Assembly: GCA_963631415.1 (NCBI GenBank)
Contig: CAVGQS010000001.1
Coordinates: 1 to 38,891, forward strand
Direction of reading: 5' to 3'
Length of the DNA stretch: 38,891 bases
Origin: Lactococcus garvieae
GTDB taxonomy: Bacteria; Bacteroidota; Bacteroidia; Bacteroidales; Bacteroidaceae
Shown here piece by piece: positions 1 to 9,073 of this stretch. The stretch's first letter is position 1, and each line of letters begins with the position of its first letter. The notes beneath the pieces are model-generated. The model was not told the origin of the DNA. It ran no database searches and saw only the letters and a list, made by a program, of their open reading frames with translations. The translations under genes and the position numbers were made by a program.

Positions 1-131
1 GTTTCGGGCGAAACAAAGCAACGTTTCGGGGCGAAACGTTGCAGCGTTTCGCCCGAAATTTTTTCGTTAAGTCCGCACGAAAATTTTTTAAGTCCGCACG
101 AAATTTTTTTAAGTCCTTGTTTATAAAAACG
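1..131. repeat. partial copy A (centre + right arm) of the compound palindromic repeat
   Basis: Window positions 1-131 align base-for-base with 26893-27023, with a few substitutions. AAGTCC cores at 69, 90 and 111 are spaced 21 nt. The window starts inside the element. Confidence 0.9.
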
Positions 132-191
132 AAGTGTTGACGGGCGAATTTCTGGTTGGTTTATTTGACCGGTTGGCGTCGTGGGACAGAC

Positions 192-238
192 AAAAAAAAA
201 GAGCCGCCTTGCGTCCGGTTGGGCTGCGAGGCGGCTCT
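192..238 (-). terminator. rho-independent terminator of tyrS
   Basis: 9-bp GC-rich stem AGAGCCGCC (200-208) / GGCGGCTCT (230-238). On the minus strand it is followed by a 9-nt U run (A run 192-200 on the plus strand). Confidence 0.8.
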
Positions 239-258
239 TTTGTGGTGTGAGGGGTTGG

Positions 259-1548
259 TTACTTCACTATGATGAGGTAGTAGTTCTTCTTGCCCTTCTG
301 AGCGAGGATGTACTTGCCGTCGAGGAGGTCGGAGGAGGAGAGGACCGTTTCGGGGTCGGCGAGTTTCTCCTTGTTGATGCTGACGCCTCCGCCCTTGACC
401 ATCTTGCGGAACTCTCCCTTGGAGGGGAAGCAGCCGGTGGTCTCGGCCAGCAGGTCTACGGCTTTGGCTCCGAGCACCTGGTCTTTGGCGAGCTCGTACT
501 GCGGCACTCCCTCAAAGACGCTGAGCAGTGTGGCTTCGTCGAGCTTGAGGAGGCTGTCCTTGGTGGCTTTGCCGAAGAGCAGCGAGGAGGCTTCGAGGGC
601 TGTCTGGTAGGCTTGTTCGCCGTGGACGAGTGTGGTCACCTCCTGGCCGAGCCGCTTCTGGAGCACACGCAGTCCGGGGTCGGCCTTGTGCTGCTCTACG
701 AGGGCGTCGATGGTTTCGCGGTCGAGCGAGGTGAATATCTTGATGTAGCGCTCAGCGTCGTCGTCGCTGACGTTGAGCCAGAACTGGTAGAACTTGTAGG
801 GTGTGGTGCGGTTGGCGTCGAGCCATACGTTGCCGCTCTCGGTCTTGCCGAACTTCTTGCCGTCGCTCTTGGTGATGAGTGGGCAGGTGAGGGCGAAGGC
901 CTCTCCGCCGGTGGTGCGGCGGATGAGTTCGGTGCCGGTGGTGATGTTGCCCCACTGGTCAGAGCCGCCCATCTGCAGTTTGCAGTTCTTGTGTGTGTTG
1001 AGGTAGAGGAAGTCGTAGCCCTGGAGCAGCTGGTAGGTGAACTCTGTGAAGCTGAGTCCGTCGCTTGCCTCTCCGTTGAGGCGTCGCTTGACGGAGTCTT
1101 TGGCCATCATGTAGTTGACGGTGATGTGTTTGCCCACCTCGCGTGCGAAGTCGAGGAAGGAGTAGTTTTTCATCCAGTCGTAGTTGTTGACGAGTTCAGC
1201 GCGGTTGGGTGCGTCGCTCTCGAAGTCGAGGAAGCGCGCCAGCTGCTGGCGTATGCACGCCACGTTGTGTCGCAGCGTCTCTTCGTCGAGCAGGTTGCGC
1301 TCCTGGCTTTTGCCTGAGGGGTCGCCGATCATGCCGGTTGCTCCGCCGACGAGTGCCAGCGGCTTGTGGCCGCAGCGCTGGAAGTGGCGCAGCATCATCA
1401 CTCCGCACAGGTGTCCTATGTGGAGGCTGTCGGCTGTGGGGTCGATGCCCACGTAGGCAGTGGTCGTCTCTTTGGTCAGTTGCTCTTCAGTACCGGGCAT
1501 CATCTGGTGGATCATGCCTCTCCATTTGAGTTCTTCTACAAAATTCAT
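259..1548 (-). CDS. tyrS: tyrosine--tRNA ligase
   Basis: 429-aa ORF with ATG at 1548. It has the class I aaRS HIGH motif (DSLHIGHL), a KMSKS-type loop (KFGKTESG) and a C-terminal S4-like tail. A terminator hairpin lies downstream. Confidence 0.93.
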   Translation of the reverse strand: MNFVEELKWRGMIHQMMPGTEEQLTKETTTAYVGIDPTADSLHIGHLCGVMMLRHFQRCGHKPLALVGGATGMIGDPSGKSQERNLLDEETLRHNVACIRQQLARFLDFESDAPNRAELVNNYDWMKNYSFLDFAREVGKHITVNYMMAKDSVKRRLNGEASDGLSFTEFTYQLLQGYDFLYLNTHKNCKLQMGGSDQWGNITTGTELIRRTTGGEAFALTCPLITKSDGKKFGKTESGNVWLDANRTTPYKFYQFWLNVSDDDAERYIKIFTSLDRETIDALVEQHKADPGLRVLQKRLGQEVTTLVHGEQAYQTALEASSLLFGKATKDSLLKLDEATLLSVFEGVPQYELAKDQVLGAKAVDLLAETTGCFPSKGEFRKMVKGGGVSINKEKLADPETVLSSSDLLDGKYILAQKGKKNYYLIIVK

Positions 1549-1597
1549 CGTCTTGTGTTAATCGCTGTTTTTGTGTTTAGTCTATATAAGTAATGTG

Positions 1598-1605
1598 CAA
1601 AGTTA
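1598..1605 (-). promoter_or_regulatory. candidate Bacteroidota -7 box TAACTTTG upstream of tyrS
   Basis: Matches the TAnnTTTG consensus of Bacteroidota primary-sigma promoters. About 50 nt upstream of the ATG. Confidence 0.5.
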
Positions 1606-1670
1606 CACAATCTTGCTCCAATATGCCGCAGGGTGCAGTGCGAAATGTTGATTTTGTGGAGCCTGGGCGG

Positions 1671-2354
1671 CTAACTTGCGGGTTGGTCTTCGCCTGGCTT
1701 GCGGGTGACGATGTGGTCGCCCTGGCGGTGGACGGTGTAGGCCGAGGCGAGGTGTTGGGTGAGTTCCTGGGGGTCTGCCCGGTAGATTTTGAGTGTGCGC
1801 GAGCGTGGGAAGCGGTTGAAGTAGGGGTCGTCGGTGAGGTACCACTTGGTGGAGAGGACTTTGGGGTGGCGGGCTATGTCGTCCCACAGTTCGTAGAAGC
1901 AGGTGCGGGCTGAGACGGTGACGCCGGTGCGGCCGTCGGTGAGCTGCGAGACGCAGACCAGGTGGATGCGTATGCGTGTGTCAGCGTTGGTGTTGCGCAG
2001 CGACACGGTGATGTGGCGCTGGAAGGCTATGTTGATCATCCGCATCATGGTCTGGAACTCCTCGCCGTGGGCGGAGGTGTCCTTGATGCGGTTGACAAGT
2101 ATGTAGAGGTGTATCATCTCGTGGAGCAAGATGTCTTCGTATTCGGTCTCGGAGTAGTCTTGGAGCGTGCTGATGGAGATGGTGGGTTCGATGTAGCGGC
2201 AGTCGAAGAGGTCGCGGCTGACCTTGTAGTGAAGTCGTCCGCCGAAGGTGCGCGCCGTGGTAAGCCGTATGCGCACTTGGGGCAGTTTGCCCTCGAAGCA
2301 CAGGTCGTTGAAGTAGTTGAATCTCTGGTGCAGAAAAGTGAGTGTGGGGCGCAT
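1671..2354 (-). CDS. SprT-like zinc metallopeptidase domain protein
   Basis: HExxH motif (LLHEMIHLY) in an SprT-like context. The ORF-track start at 2375 is a TTG. The first ATG (2354, MRPTLTF...) lies about 20 nt downstream of a TACCTTTG -7 box, so I use 2354. Confidence 0.65.
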   Translation of the reverse strand: MRPTLTFLHQRFNYFNDLCFEGKLPQVRIRLTTARTFGGRLHYKVSRDLFDCRYIEPTISISTLQDYSETEYEDILLHEMIHLYILVNRIKDTSAHGEEFQTMMRMINIAFQRHITVSLRNTNADTRIRIHLVCVSQLTDGRTGVTVSARTCFYELWDDIARHPKVLSTKWYLTDDPYFNRFPRSRTLKIYRADPQELTQHLASAYTVHRQGDHIVTRKPGEDQPAS

Positions 2355-2372
2355 ATATTCAGATTGTTTATG

Positions 2373-2380
2373 CAAAGGTA
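2373..2380 (-). promoter_or_regulatory. candidate -7 box TACCTTTG upstream of the SprT-like gene
   Basis: TAnnTTTG match about 20 nt upstream of ATG 2354. Confidence 0.45.
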
Positions 2381-2433
2381 GTCGTTTTATGCAAAACGGG
2401 GCGGCGTGTATGCTGCTTTCAGCGAGAAATGAT

Positions 2434-2441
2434 TATTTTTG
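2434..2441 (+). promoter_or_regulatory. candidate -7 box TATTTTTG upstream of the T9SS cargo gene
   Basis: TAnnTTTG match 48 nt upstream of ATG 2489. Confidence 0.5.
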
Positions 2442-2488
2442 TGCGCCCGTTGTTGTGGGCACAAATGAAAAGATAAAGACTAACTGTT

Positions 2489-5400
2489 ATGAAACTAGCT
2501 AAAATAGCGGTGGCGTTGCTGCTGCTGACGGGCAGCGTGTATGCCCAGGACTTCAAGGTGGACTACACCAAATATCCCGACGCCAAGCCCTTTGCGGCGC
2601 CAAGCGCCAAGGGCGGCCACAAGGGGGCGGCAAGCAAGGGGGCGGCGCGCAGCAACGGCTACAGCGCCGGCAAGACACGCCCCGACCACGTCAACAACGC
2701 CCTGAACAAGTTCTTCCCGCCAGTGTTTAACCAAGACGGCGGCTCGTGCGGCTCGGCGCAGGCGGTGGCCTACTGCATGACCTACGAGATGAACTCCTAC
2801 CGCAACACCGACGCCTCGTATGCCGACAACCAGCTGCCCACCCACTTCACGTGGCTCCACACCTACTCGGGCATCGAGAAGGCTCCAATCATGAGGAGGC
2901 ACGGAGTGCCCACCGTGACCGACTACGGCGGCCGCACCTACAGCTCGCTCTTCGGCAACCAGGACACCCAGAGCCAAAGCTACGGCTTCATGCAGGGCTA
3001 CGACAAGTGGTATCACGCCATGTTTAACCGCATAGAGGGCGACAACGAAGGCTGCTCGGAGAGCCAGATGACCGAGACGGGCCGCGAGGAGCTGAAGCAG
3101 TGGCTGTGGAACCACTGGGGCGACGAGACGTTCTATGCCGGCGGCGTGTCGGGCATAGGCGTGGCGAGCGGCGGCGTGTGGGGCAAGATTCCCTCTACCG
3201 CCACCAACAAGGAGATTGGCGTGGCGGGCATGTACTGCGTGACCACCTGGGGCAAGACCTACGACCACGCCCTCACGGTGGTGGGCTACGACGACCGCAT
3301 AGAGTTTGACCTTGATTCCAACGGCGTCTACGGCGAGAAGGACAAGGACGAGGTGGGCGCCTGGATTATCTGCAACTCGTGGGGCGACGGATGGTGCAAC
3401 AAGGGCTTCATCTACTGCCCCTACAAATACAGCGTGGCGGTGGGCACCAGCACCTCGCCGTGGAACTCGGGCCACTACAACTGGCGCAAGGACTACGAGC
3501 CCAAGCGCGTGCTCAAGATAGTGATGGACTACAGCCGCCGCTCCGAGCTGAGCCTCTGCGCCGGCTACGCTGCCGACACCTCTGCGCAGAAGCCGGAGGT
3601 GACCGAGGTGATGCCCTTCTTCAACTACGCCGGCGACGGCACGAAGCAGACACCCGCGCCCGAGGTGCCCATGCTGGGCAAGTGGCGCTTTGAATTTAAC
3701 TACGACCCCATAGAGTTTGGCTACGACGTGACAGACCTCACCGAGGACTGCGACCTGTCGAAGCCGCTGAAATATTTCTTCATCGTCAACACGCGCTCTA
3801 CCGCCGTGGGCGAGGGCCACATCTACAAGGTGTCGCTCATGGACTACTCCATTGAGCCCGAGGGCATGGAGATACCCGCCCGCATCGACACCGTCGGCAT
3901 ACTCAACGGCGGCGCCACGACCATAGTGTCGGTCACGGCGGCGGGCCACCAAATCAACGCTCCGCTCAACGCCGTGCTGTCGGGCAGCAAGCTGACGTGG
4001 AACGCTCCCAAGACGTCGAGCTACGACCTGCAGCACTACTATATATATAAGGAAGAGCAGAAGGTTGCCGAGGTGCCGGGCTTCAGCCTGTCGTATACGG
4101 TAGACGACGAGACTGCCACCTACTACGTGGCGGCTGCCTACGACTACAAGGACCAGACGGTGGTGTCAGCCAAGAGCCAGCCGGCACGCAACGCGGTGGT
4201 GCGCTCAAGCGAGGGCGCCAACAAGACGCTGGTGCTCAGCAACGCCGTGGTGGAAGTGCCCGGCGTGGTGAAGGAGCGCCTGCCGCAGGCGACGATTGAA
4301 TTCTGGATAAAGCCCAGCAGCCTCGACGGCAGCAGCAATCTGGTGGGCGGCGAGTGGGGCTCGTTTGCCATCGCCCTTAGCAAGAGCGGACAGCTCGTGT
4401 GCGGCTGGGACGAGTCTGACCGCATCACCACCAGCACCAACACCGTCAAGGCGGGCACATGGGCTCACGTGGCGGTGGTGGTGGACAACAACGTGCTCAC
4501 CGCCTATGTCAACGGAATGAAGAGAGGCGTCAAGACCTCTACCACCCACAGCGGAATGCCCGCCATCAGCAACTTCTGCATAGGCTCCGCCAACTGGCCG
4601 ATGGACGCCGAGATAGACGAGTTTCGCCTGTGGTCGGAGGCGCGCACCATGAGAGACGTGATGACCAACCGGTTTACCGACATAAGCTGCCCCTCGGCGC
4701 AGCCCGCACTGCTGGCCTACTACCCGATGGAGACCTACGAGTCGGGCGGCTCGCTCTACCTCAAGGACCTCGCCTCGGGCCACGACGCGCTGCTGAGCGG
4801 CGCCACGGAGAGCACCGACTCTACGCTGCTGACGGGCGCCAACGTGCTCAAGACGGTCAGCTTCAGCTGCCAGGAAGACGTGGTATACGCCGGCGAGCCC
4901 GTGCAGCTGAGGTCGGAAACGTCGCTCAACACCGTGAAGTGGAGCTGGACCGCCAAGGGACTGGCCGACGCCAGCAGCAATGCCGTAAGCCCCTACTTCA
5001 CCTTCCCCGCGGCGGGCGACTATGAGGTGACGCTCACCACCGAGGACAGCGAGGGCGACCAAGCCACCTACACCGGCACCGTGACGGTGGTAAGCCCCGA
5101 GGCGCCCACTGCCGACTTCGACATTGCCGCCGACACACTGGCTGAGGGCGAGCTCTTCTGCCTCGCCAACAAGTCGAGGGGCACCAACTGCGTGTACAAA
5201 TGGACACTGCCCGGCGCCGACAACGAGGAGATAAACGGCGTCAACGCCACCGTGAGCTACAGCAGCACGGGCGTATATCCCGTGACCCTGACCGCCACCA
5301 ACGCCGCCGGCTCCGACAAGAAGACAAAATACGTGACCGTGACACACACAGTGCCGGGCGTCAGCTTCTCCGTAGACCCCGACTTCATCACGCTGGGCAA

Positions 5401-6511
5401 CACCACATATCTCATCGACGACACGCGCCACAACCCCGAGACGTGGAAGTGGACGGTGAGCAACGGCAAGCACACCACCATCATCAACGGCCAGAACTCG
5501 TCGTTCACCCCCAAGCACCCCGGCGTCTACAGCGTAACCCTCGAGGCCACCAACGACGTGGGCACCGGCTCCAAGACCGAGAAGCAGAAGTTCATCGTGG
5601 CCAACGCCGAGAGCTACAACGCCCTCAACTTTACGGGCGGGCAGAGCCTGGCGTCGACCTCCAGCCTCTTCGCCGACGGCACCAAAGCGTTCACCATAGA
5701 GTGGTGGATGAACCCCTCGCAGCAGTCGGGCGCCCTCAACATGGCGACGTCGAACGGCCAGCTCGCCGTCAGCACCGACTACAACGGCAACATGACCGTA
5801 GAGGTGGGCGGCAAGAGCTGCGAGTCGGGCAACGGCTTCGTGGTCGCCAACGAGTGGGGACACTACGCCCTGACCTTCAACTTCGGCCAGGTGAAGTTCT
5901 ACCGCAACGGCGAACTCATCACCACCTCGTCGGCGCGCATCGGCACATCAACCACCGACTGGGGCACGCTGACCCTTGCCGGCGGCGACAACGCCTTTAG
6001 CGGACAGCTCGACGAACTGCGCATCTGGAAGAAGTGTCTGGCGCTCTCCGCCCTCAAGAACTATATCAACGCGCCGCTGGACAACGCGGAGGACCTCGCC
6101 GCGACGGGCGGTCTGGTGGCATACTACGACTTCAACCAGAGCGGTGGCAGCGTGAAGGACCGCTCCGGCAATGCCATAGACCTTGAGCGCATGGGCTTTG
6201 GTCCCGACGGCGACGCCTGGGGCCTGTCGAAGGGCGTCTTCACCCTTGACTTCGACACCACGTCGCCTGACACGATAGAAGCCGACGCCGACGGACTCAC
6301 ACATATCTACGAGTCGGTCGAGGCAGGCACTGCCAACAAATATGCCGGCATGAGCGGCAACATACGCCTCGCCCTGCAGCGGAAAGAAAACGTGCGCATC
6401 TACAACGCCGCGGGCCAGTGCGTCTTCAACGACGAGGTGGAGGGCGTGCACTACCTGCCCTTTGAGCCGGGCGCCTACATCGTGAACGGCACCAAGGTGA
6501 TGGTGAAGTAG
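2489..6511 (+). CDS. secreted multidomain T9SS cargo: papain-like (C1-type) cysteine peptidase + FN3-like + LamG + 3x PKD + LamG + T9SS C-terminal sorting domain
   Basis: Signal peptide MKLAKIAVALLLLTGSVYAQ. Clan CA triad context: NQDGGSCGSAQAV (Cys), HALTVVGYDD (His), ICNSWGDGWCNKGFIY (Asn-Ser-Trp). Two LamG-like modules end in DEFRLWS and DELRIWKK. There are three PKD-like repeats (...YEVTLTTED..., ...YPVTLTATN..., ...YSVTLEATN...). The tail ...VRIYNAAGQCV...GAYIVNGTKVMVK is typical of T9SS CTDs. Confidence 0.8.
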   Translation: MKLAKIAVALLLLTGSVYAQDFKVDYTKYPDAKPFAAPSAKGGHKGAASKGAARSNGYSAGKTRPDHVNNALNKFFPPVFNQDGGSCGSAQAVAYCMTYEMNSYRNTDASYADNQLPTHFTWLHTYSGIEKAPIMRRHGVPTVTDYGGRTYSSLFGNQDTQSQSYGFMQGYDKWYHAMFNRIEGDNEGCSESQMTETGREELKQWLWNHWGDETFYAGGVSGIGVASGGVWGKIPSTATNKEIGVAGMYCVTTWGKTYDHALTVVGYDDRIEFDLDSNGVYGEKDKDEVGAWIICNSWGDGWCNKGFIYCPYKYSVAVGTSTSPWNSGHYNWRKDYEPKRVLKIVMDYSRRSELSLCAGYAADTSAQKPEVTEVMPFFNYAGDGTKQTPAPEVPMLGKWRFEFNYDPIEFGYDVTDLTEDCDLSKPLKYFFIVNTRSTAVGEGHIYKVSLMDYSIEPEGMEIPARIDTVGILNGGATTIVSVTAAGHQINAPLNAVLSGSKLTWNAPKTSSYDLQHYYIYKEEQKVAEVPGFSLSYTVDDETATYYVAAAYDYKDQTVVSAKSQPARNAVVRSSEGANKTLVLSNAVVEVPGVVKERLPQATIEFWIKPSSLDGSSNLVGGEWGSFAIALSKSGQLVCGWDESDRITTSTNTVKAGTWAHVAVVVDNNVLTAYVNGMKRGVKTSTTHSGMPAISNFCIGSANWPMDAEIDEFRLWSEARTMRDVMTNRFTDISCPSAQPALLAYYPMETYESGGSLYLKDLASGHDALLSGATESTDSTLLTGANVLKTVSFSCQEDVVYAGEPVQLRSETSLNTVKWSWTAKGLADASSNAVSPYFTFPAAGDYEVTLTTEDSEGDQATYTGTVTVVSPEAPTADFDIAADTLAEGELFCLANKSRGTNCVYKWTLPGADNEEINGVNATVSYSSTGVYPVTLTATNAAGSDKKTKYVTVTHTVPGVSFSVDPDFITLGNTTYLIDDTRHNPETWKWTVSNGKHTTIINGQNSSFTPKHPGVYSVTLEATNDVGTGSKTEKQKFIVANAESYNALNFTGGQSLASTSSLFADGTKAFTIEWWMNPSQQSGALNMATSNGQLAVSTDYNGNMTVEVGGKSCESGNGFVVANEWGHYALTFNFGQVKFYRNGELITTSSARIGTSTTDWGTLTLAGGDNAFSGQLDELRIWKKCLALSALKNYINAPLDNAEDLAATGGLVAYYDFNQSGGSVKDRSGNAIDLERMGFGPDGDAWGLSKGVFTLDFDTTSPDTIEADADGLTHIYESVEAGTANKYAGMSGNIRLALQRKENVRIYNAAGQCVFNDEVEGVHYLPFEPGAYIVNGTKVMVK

Positions 6512-6524
6512 CGGGCGCGCCAGC

Positions 6525-6620
6525 CGCCGCTGCACAAATTGGCATAGCCGTACAATACAAATTGGCATTGCCGCTGGTGCACAAATTGGCATAGCCGCTG
6601 GTGCACAAATTGGCATAGCC
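6525..6620. repeat. 4 tandem copies of a 24-bp unit (core ACAAATTGGCAT[AT]GCC)
   Basis: Units at 6525-6548, 6549-6572, 6573-6596 and 6597-6620. The last two are identical (GCTGGTGCACAAATTGGCATAGCC). The array starts 14 nt after the cargo-gene stop. Confidence 0.9.
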
Positions 6621-6637
6621 GCGACAACACATTCTGA

Positions 6638-6681
6638 CGCCGTGCGCCGGGATTCCGCCACTGGAACCCGGGCGCACGGCG
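6638..6681 (+). terminator. GC-rich hairpin downstream of the T9SS cargo gene
   Basis: 14-bp stem CGCCGTGCGCCGGG / CCCGGGCGCACGGCG with a 1-nt bulge. The following U tract is weak, so terminator function is uncertain. Confidence 0.4.
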
Positions 6682-6734
6682 CTGTCTTATGCCACATTTT
6701 TGCCGATTGCTGAGGGTTTTCGGATATAATTGCT

Positions 6735-6767
6735 TAATTTTGCACAGCGAAAAAAGGTGTGCAAAAT
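6735..6767 (+). promoter_or_regulatory. candidate -7 box TAATTTTG overlapping a 10-bp perfect inverted repeat (possible TetR operator)
   Basis: TAATTTTG at 6735-6742. ATTTTGCACA (6737-6746) and TGTGCAAAAT (6758-6767) are exact reverse complements with an 11-nt spacer. The site is about 100-130 nt upstream of the TetR ATG. Confidence 0.4.
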
Positions 6768-6868
6768 CCGGGGCGCGGCTGTTAGGGCGGCTCTTGGGCG
6801 TGCGCCTTGAGGGTTGGCGCGGCGCGAGCCGCAACGAACCACAACGCAAAACAAGGAAAACGGTTAGT

Positions 6869-7489
6869 ATGTCAACATCCAAAAAGAAAGCCTTGCTGAT
6901 AGACGTGGCGCGCAAGCTGTTCGCCAAGAACGGACTGAACGGCACCACTATGAACGACATTGCCAACGAGTCGGGCATCTCGCGCCGCACGTTGTATGTT
7001 TACTTTTCTAATAAGGAAGAAATCTACTCAGCGGTCATTGAGACCGAGATAGAGCGCCTGTCGGACAAGATGGACGAGGTGGCGTCGCGCAACATAGACC
7101 CCGAGCTGAAGGTGGCCACGCTGATCTACACCCACCTCAACGCCGTGAAGGAGACTGTGGTGCGCAACGGCTCGCTGCGCGCCGAATTCTTCCGCAACAT
7201 CTGGATGGTGGAGAAGGTGCGCAAGGCCTTCGACCACGAGGAGCTGGAGCTCTACCGCCGCGTCATCAAGGAGGGCTGCGAGACAGGACAGTTCCACGTG
7301 GAGAGCATAGACCTGGTCGCCGACGTGATTCACTACTGCATCAAGGGACTCGAGGTGCCCTACGTCTACGGACGCCTGGGCAACGGCATGACGCTGGACG
7401 AGAGCCGCCCCATCGTGATCAACATGGTGAAGCGCATGCTCGGCATCAACACCATGAAGCAGTGGGACGTGACCAAATTCATTGACTAA
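6869..7489 (+). CDS. TetR/AcrR family transcriptional regulator
   Basis: N-terminal TetR HTH (LFAKNGLNGTTMNDIANESGISRRTLYVYFSNKEEIY). The ATG at 6869 was chosen inside the longer ORF-track frame (6689), whose upstream part is non-coding-looking. Confidence 0.85.
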   Translation: MSTSKKKALLIDVARKLFAKNGLNGTTMNDIANESGISRRTLYVYFSNKEEIYSAVIETEIERLSDKMDEVASRNIDPELKVATLIYTHLNAVKETVVRNGSLRAEFFRNIWMVEKVRKAFDHEELELYRRVIKEGCETGQFHVESIDLVADVIHYCIKGLEVPYVYGRLGNGMTLDESRPIVINMVKRMLGINTMKQWDVTKFID

Positions 7490-7565
7490 CAAACAAAAGA
7501 AAGCTCCGCAACGGCTCGCCTACGGGGCAAGAACTATTGATTATAACAGCAAAAACAAATTTATT

Positions 7566-8312
7566 ATGGGACTTTTAAGTGGAAAAACAGCCCTCATCAC
7601 AGGCGCTGCCCGCGGCATTGGCAAGGCCATCGCCCTGAGGTTTGCGCAGGAGGGCGCCAACATTGCGTTTACGGACCTCGTGATTGACGAAAACGGCAAG
7701 GCGACTGAGTCGGAGATTGCCGCACTCGGAGTGAAGTGCGTGGGCTACGCGTCTAACGCGGCCGACTTTGCGCAGACCGAAGAGGTTGTCAACAAGATTA
7801 AGGAAGAGTTCGGCACCATCGACATTCTCGTAAACAACGCCGGAATCACCAAGGACGGCCTGATGATGCGCATGAGCGAGGCTCAGTGGGACGCAGTCAT
7901 CGCCGTAAACCTCAAGTCGGCATTCAACTTCATCCATGCCTGCACACCCATCATGATGCGCCAGCGCAGCGGCAGCATCATCAACATGGCCTCTGTGGTA
8001 GGCGTTCACGGCAACGCAGGCCAGTGCAACTACGCTGCCTCTAAGGCCGGCCTCATCGCCCTGGCCAAGAGCATCGCCCAGGAGCTCGGCTCACGCGGCA
8101 TCCGCGCCAACGCTATCGCCCCGGGCTTTATCGAGACTGCCATGACAGCAGCGCTGCCTGAAGACATCCGCAAGGAGTGGATCAAGAGCATCCCTCTGCG
8201 CCGCGGCGGCCAGGTGGAGGACATCGCCAACACGGCTGTTTACCTCGCCTCTGACCTCGCCAGCTACGTCACCGGCCAGGTTATCCAGGTCGACGGCGGC
8301 ATGAATATGTAA
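7566..8312 (+). CDS. fabG: 3-oxoacyl-[ACP] reductase (SDR family)
   Basis: TGAARGIGKAIA cofactor motif, NNAG, and catalytic Y-x3-K (YAASKAG). Start taken at MGLLSGKTALITG (ATG 7566) inside the longer ORF-track frame. Confidence 0.85.
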   Translation: MGLLSGKTALITGAARGIGKAIALRFAQEGANIAFTDLVIDENGKATESEIAALGVKCVGYASNAADFAQTEEVVNKIKEEFGTIDILVNNAGITKDGLMMRMSEAQWDAVIAVNLKSAFNFIHACTPIMMRQRSGSIINMASVVGVHGNAGQCNYAASKAGLIALAKSIAQELGSRGIRANAIAPGFIETAMTAALPEDIRKEWIKSIPLRRGGQVEDIANTAVYLASDLASYVTGQVIQVDGGMNM

Positions 8313-8370
8313 GAAAAGGGCACTGCCCACACTTGACAGCGGCGGCCCGTCGGCCGCCAAGAACACTGAG

Positions 8371-9063
8371 ATGCAGGTAATCTACGAAGACAACCACGTC
8401 ATTGCCGTCAACAAGGCGCCCGGCGAAATAGTGCAGGGCGACAAGACCGGCGACAAGCCGCTCAGCGAACTGGTCAAAGACTATATTAAGGTGAAATACG
8501 CCAAGCCGGGCAACGTCTTTCTGGGCGTTGCCCACCGGCTTGACAGGCCAGTGAGTGGAGTGGTCGTCTTTGCGCGCACCAGCAAGGCGCTGCCGAGGCT
8601 CAACCTGATGTTCAGCCGCGGAGAGGTGGAGAAGACCTACCTCGCCATCGTGGCCAACCGCCCGCAGCAGGACGAGGGAGAGATAGAGTCGTGGCTCACG
8701 CGCAACGAGCGGCTCAACAAGTCGTTTGTAAGCAAGGAGGGTGCCCCCGGTGCCCGCTTGGCGCGGCTGCGCTACAAACTTGTGGCGACAACCGGCAGAT
8801 ACCACCTGCTCGCCGTGAGACTGCTGACGGGGCGCCACCACCAGATAAGGTGCCAGCTCGCCTCGATAGGCTGCCCCATCAGGGGCGACCTGAAGTACGG
8901 CGCGCGGCGCAGCAACCCCGACGGCAGCATCTCGCTCCACTCGTGGAGAGCCAGGTTTGAGCACCCCGTGTCGCACATAGCGATTGACCTCACAGCCCCG
9001 TGCCCCAACACCACGCTGTGGGAAACGCTGACAAGCGACCTCGACAACAACCTCACGCTATAA
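8371..9063 (+). CDS. RluA-family pseudouridine synthase (no S4 domain)
   Basis: Catalytic-Asp motif HRLDRPVSGVVVFA and conserved HQIRCQLA block. Confidence 0.85.
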   Translation: MQVIYEDNHVIAVNKAPGEIVQGDKTGDKPLSELVKDYIKVKYAKPGNVFLGVAHRLDRPVSGVVVFARTSKALPRLNLMFSRGEVEKTYLAIVANRPQQDEGEIESWLTRNERLNKSFVSKEGAPGARLARLRYKLVATTGRYHLLAVRLLTGRHHQIRCQLASIGCPIRGDLKYGARRSNPDGSISLHSWRARFEHPVSHIAIDLTAPCPNTTLWETLTSDLDNNLTL

Positions 9064-9073
9064 CCAAGCAACG

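Noticed and set aside
2495-5863. 513-aa and 552-aa minus-strand ORFs antisense to the T9SS cargo gene
   Set aside because: Same shadow-frame composition. The plus-strand frame carries coherent peptidase, LamG, PKD and CTD domains. The same reasoning rejects 181-1317(+), 21245-22225(-), 22557-23660(-), 23697-24779(-), 31564-32283(-), 32341-33021(-), 38089-38763(+) and the many shorter overlapping frames.
2489-6511. The LamG/lectin-fold cargo protein as a target of a diversity-generating retroelement
   Set aside because: There is no reverse transcriptase gene in the window. I saw no template/variable DNA repeat pair. The two LamG modules are similar only at the protein-motif level.
6525-6620. 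TTGGCAT...TGGTGCA in the 24-bp tandem repeats, considered as sigma-54 -24/-12 promoters
   Set aside because: The spacing and the -12 element do not fit TGGCAC-N5-TTGCW, and no downstream gene is in a suitable position.
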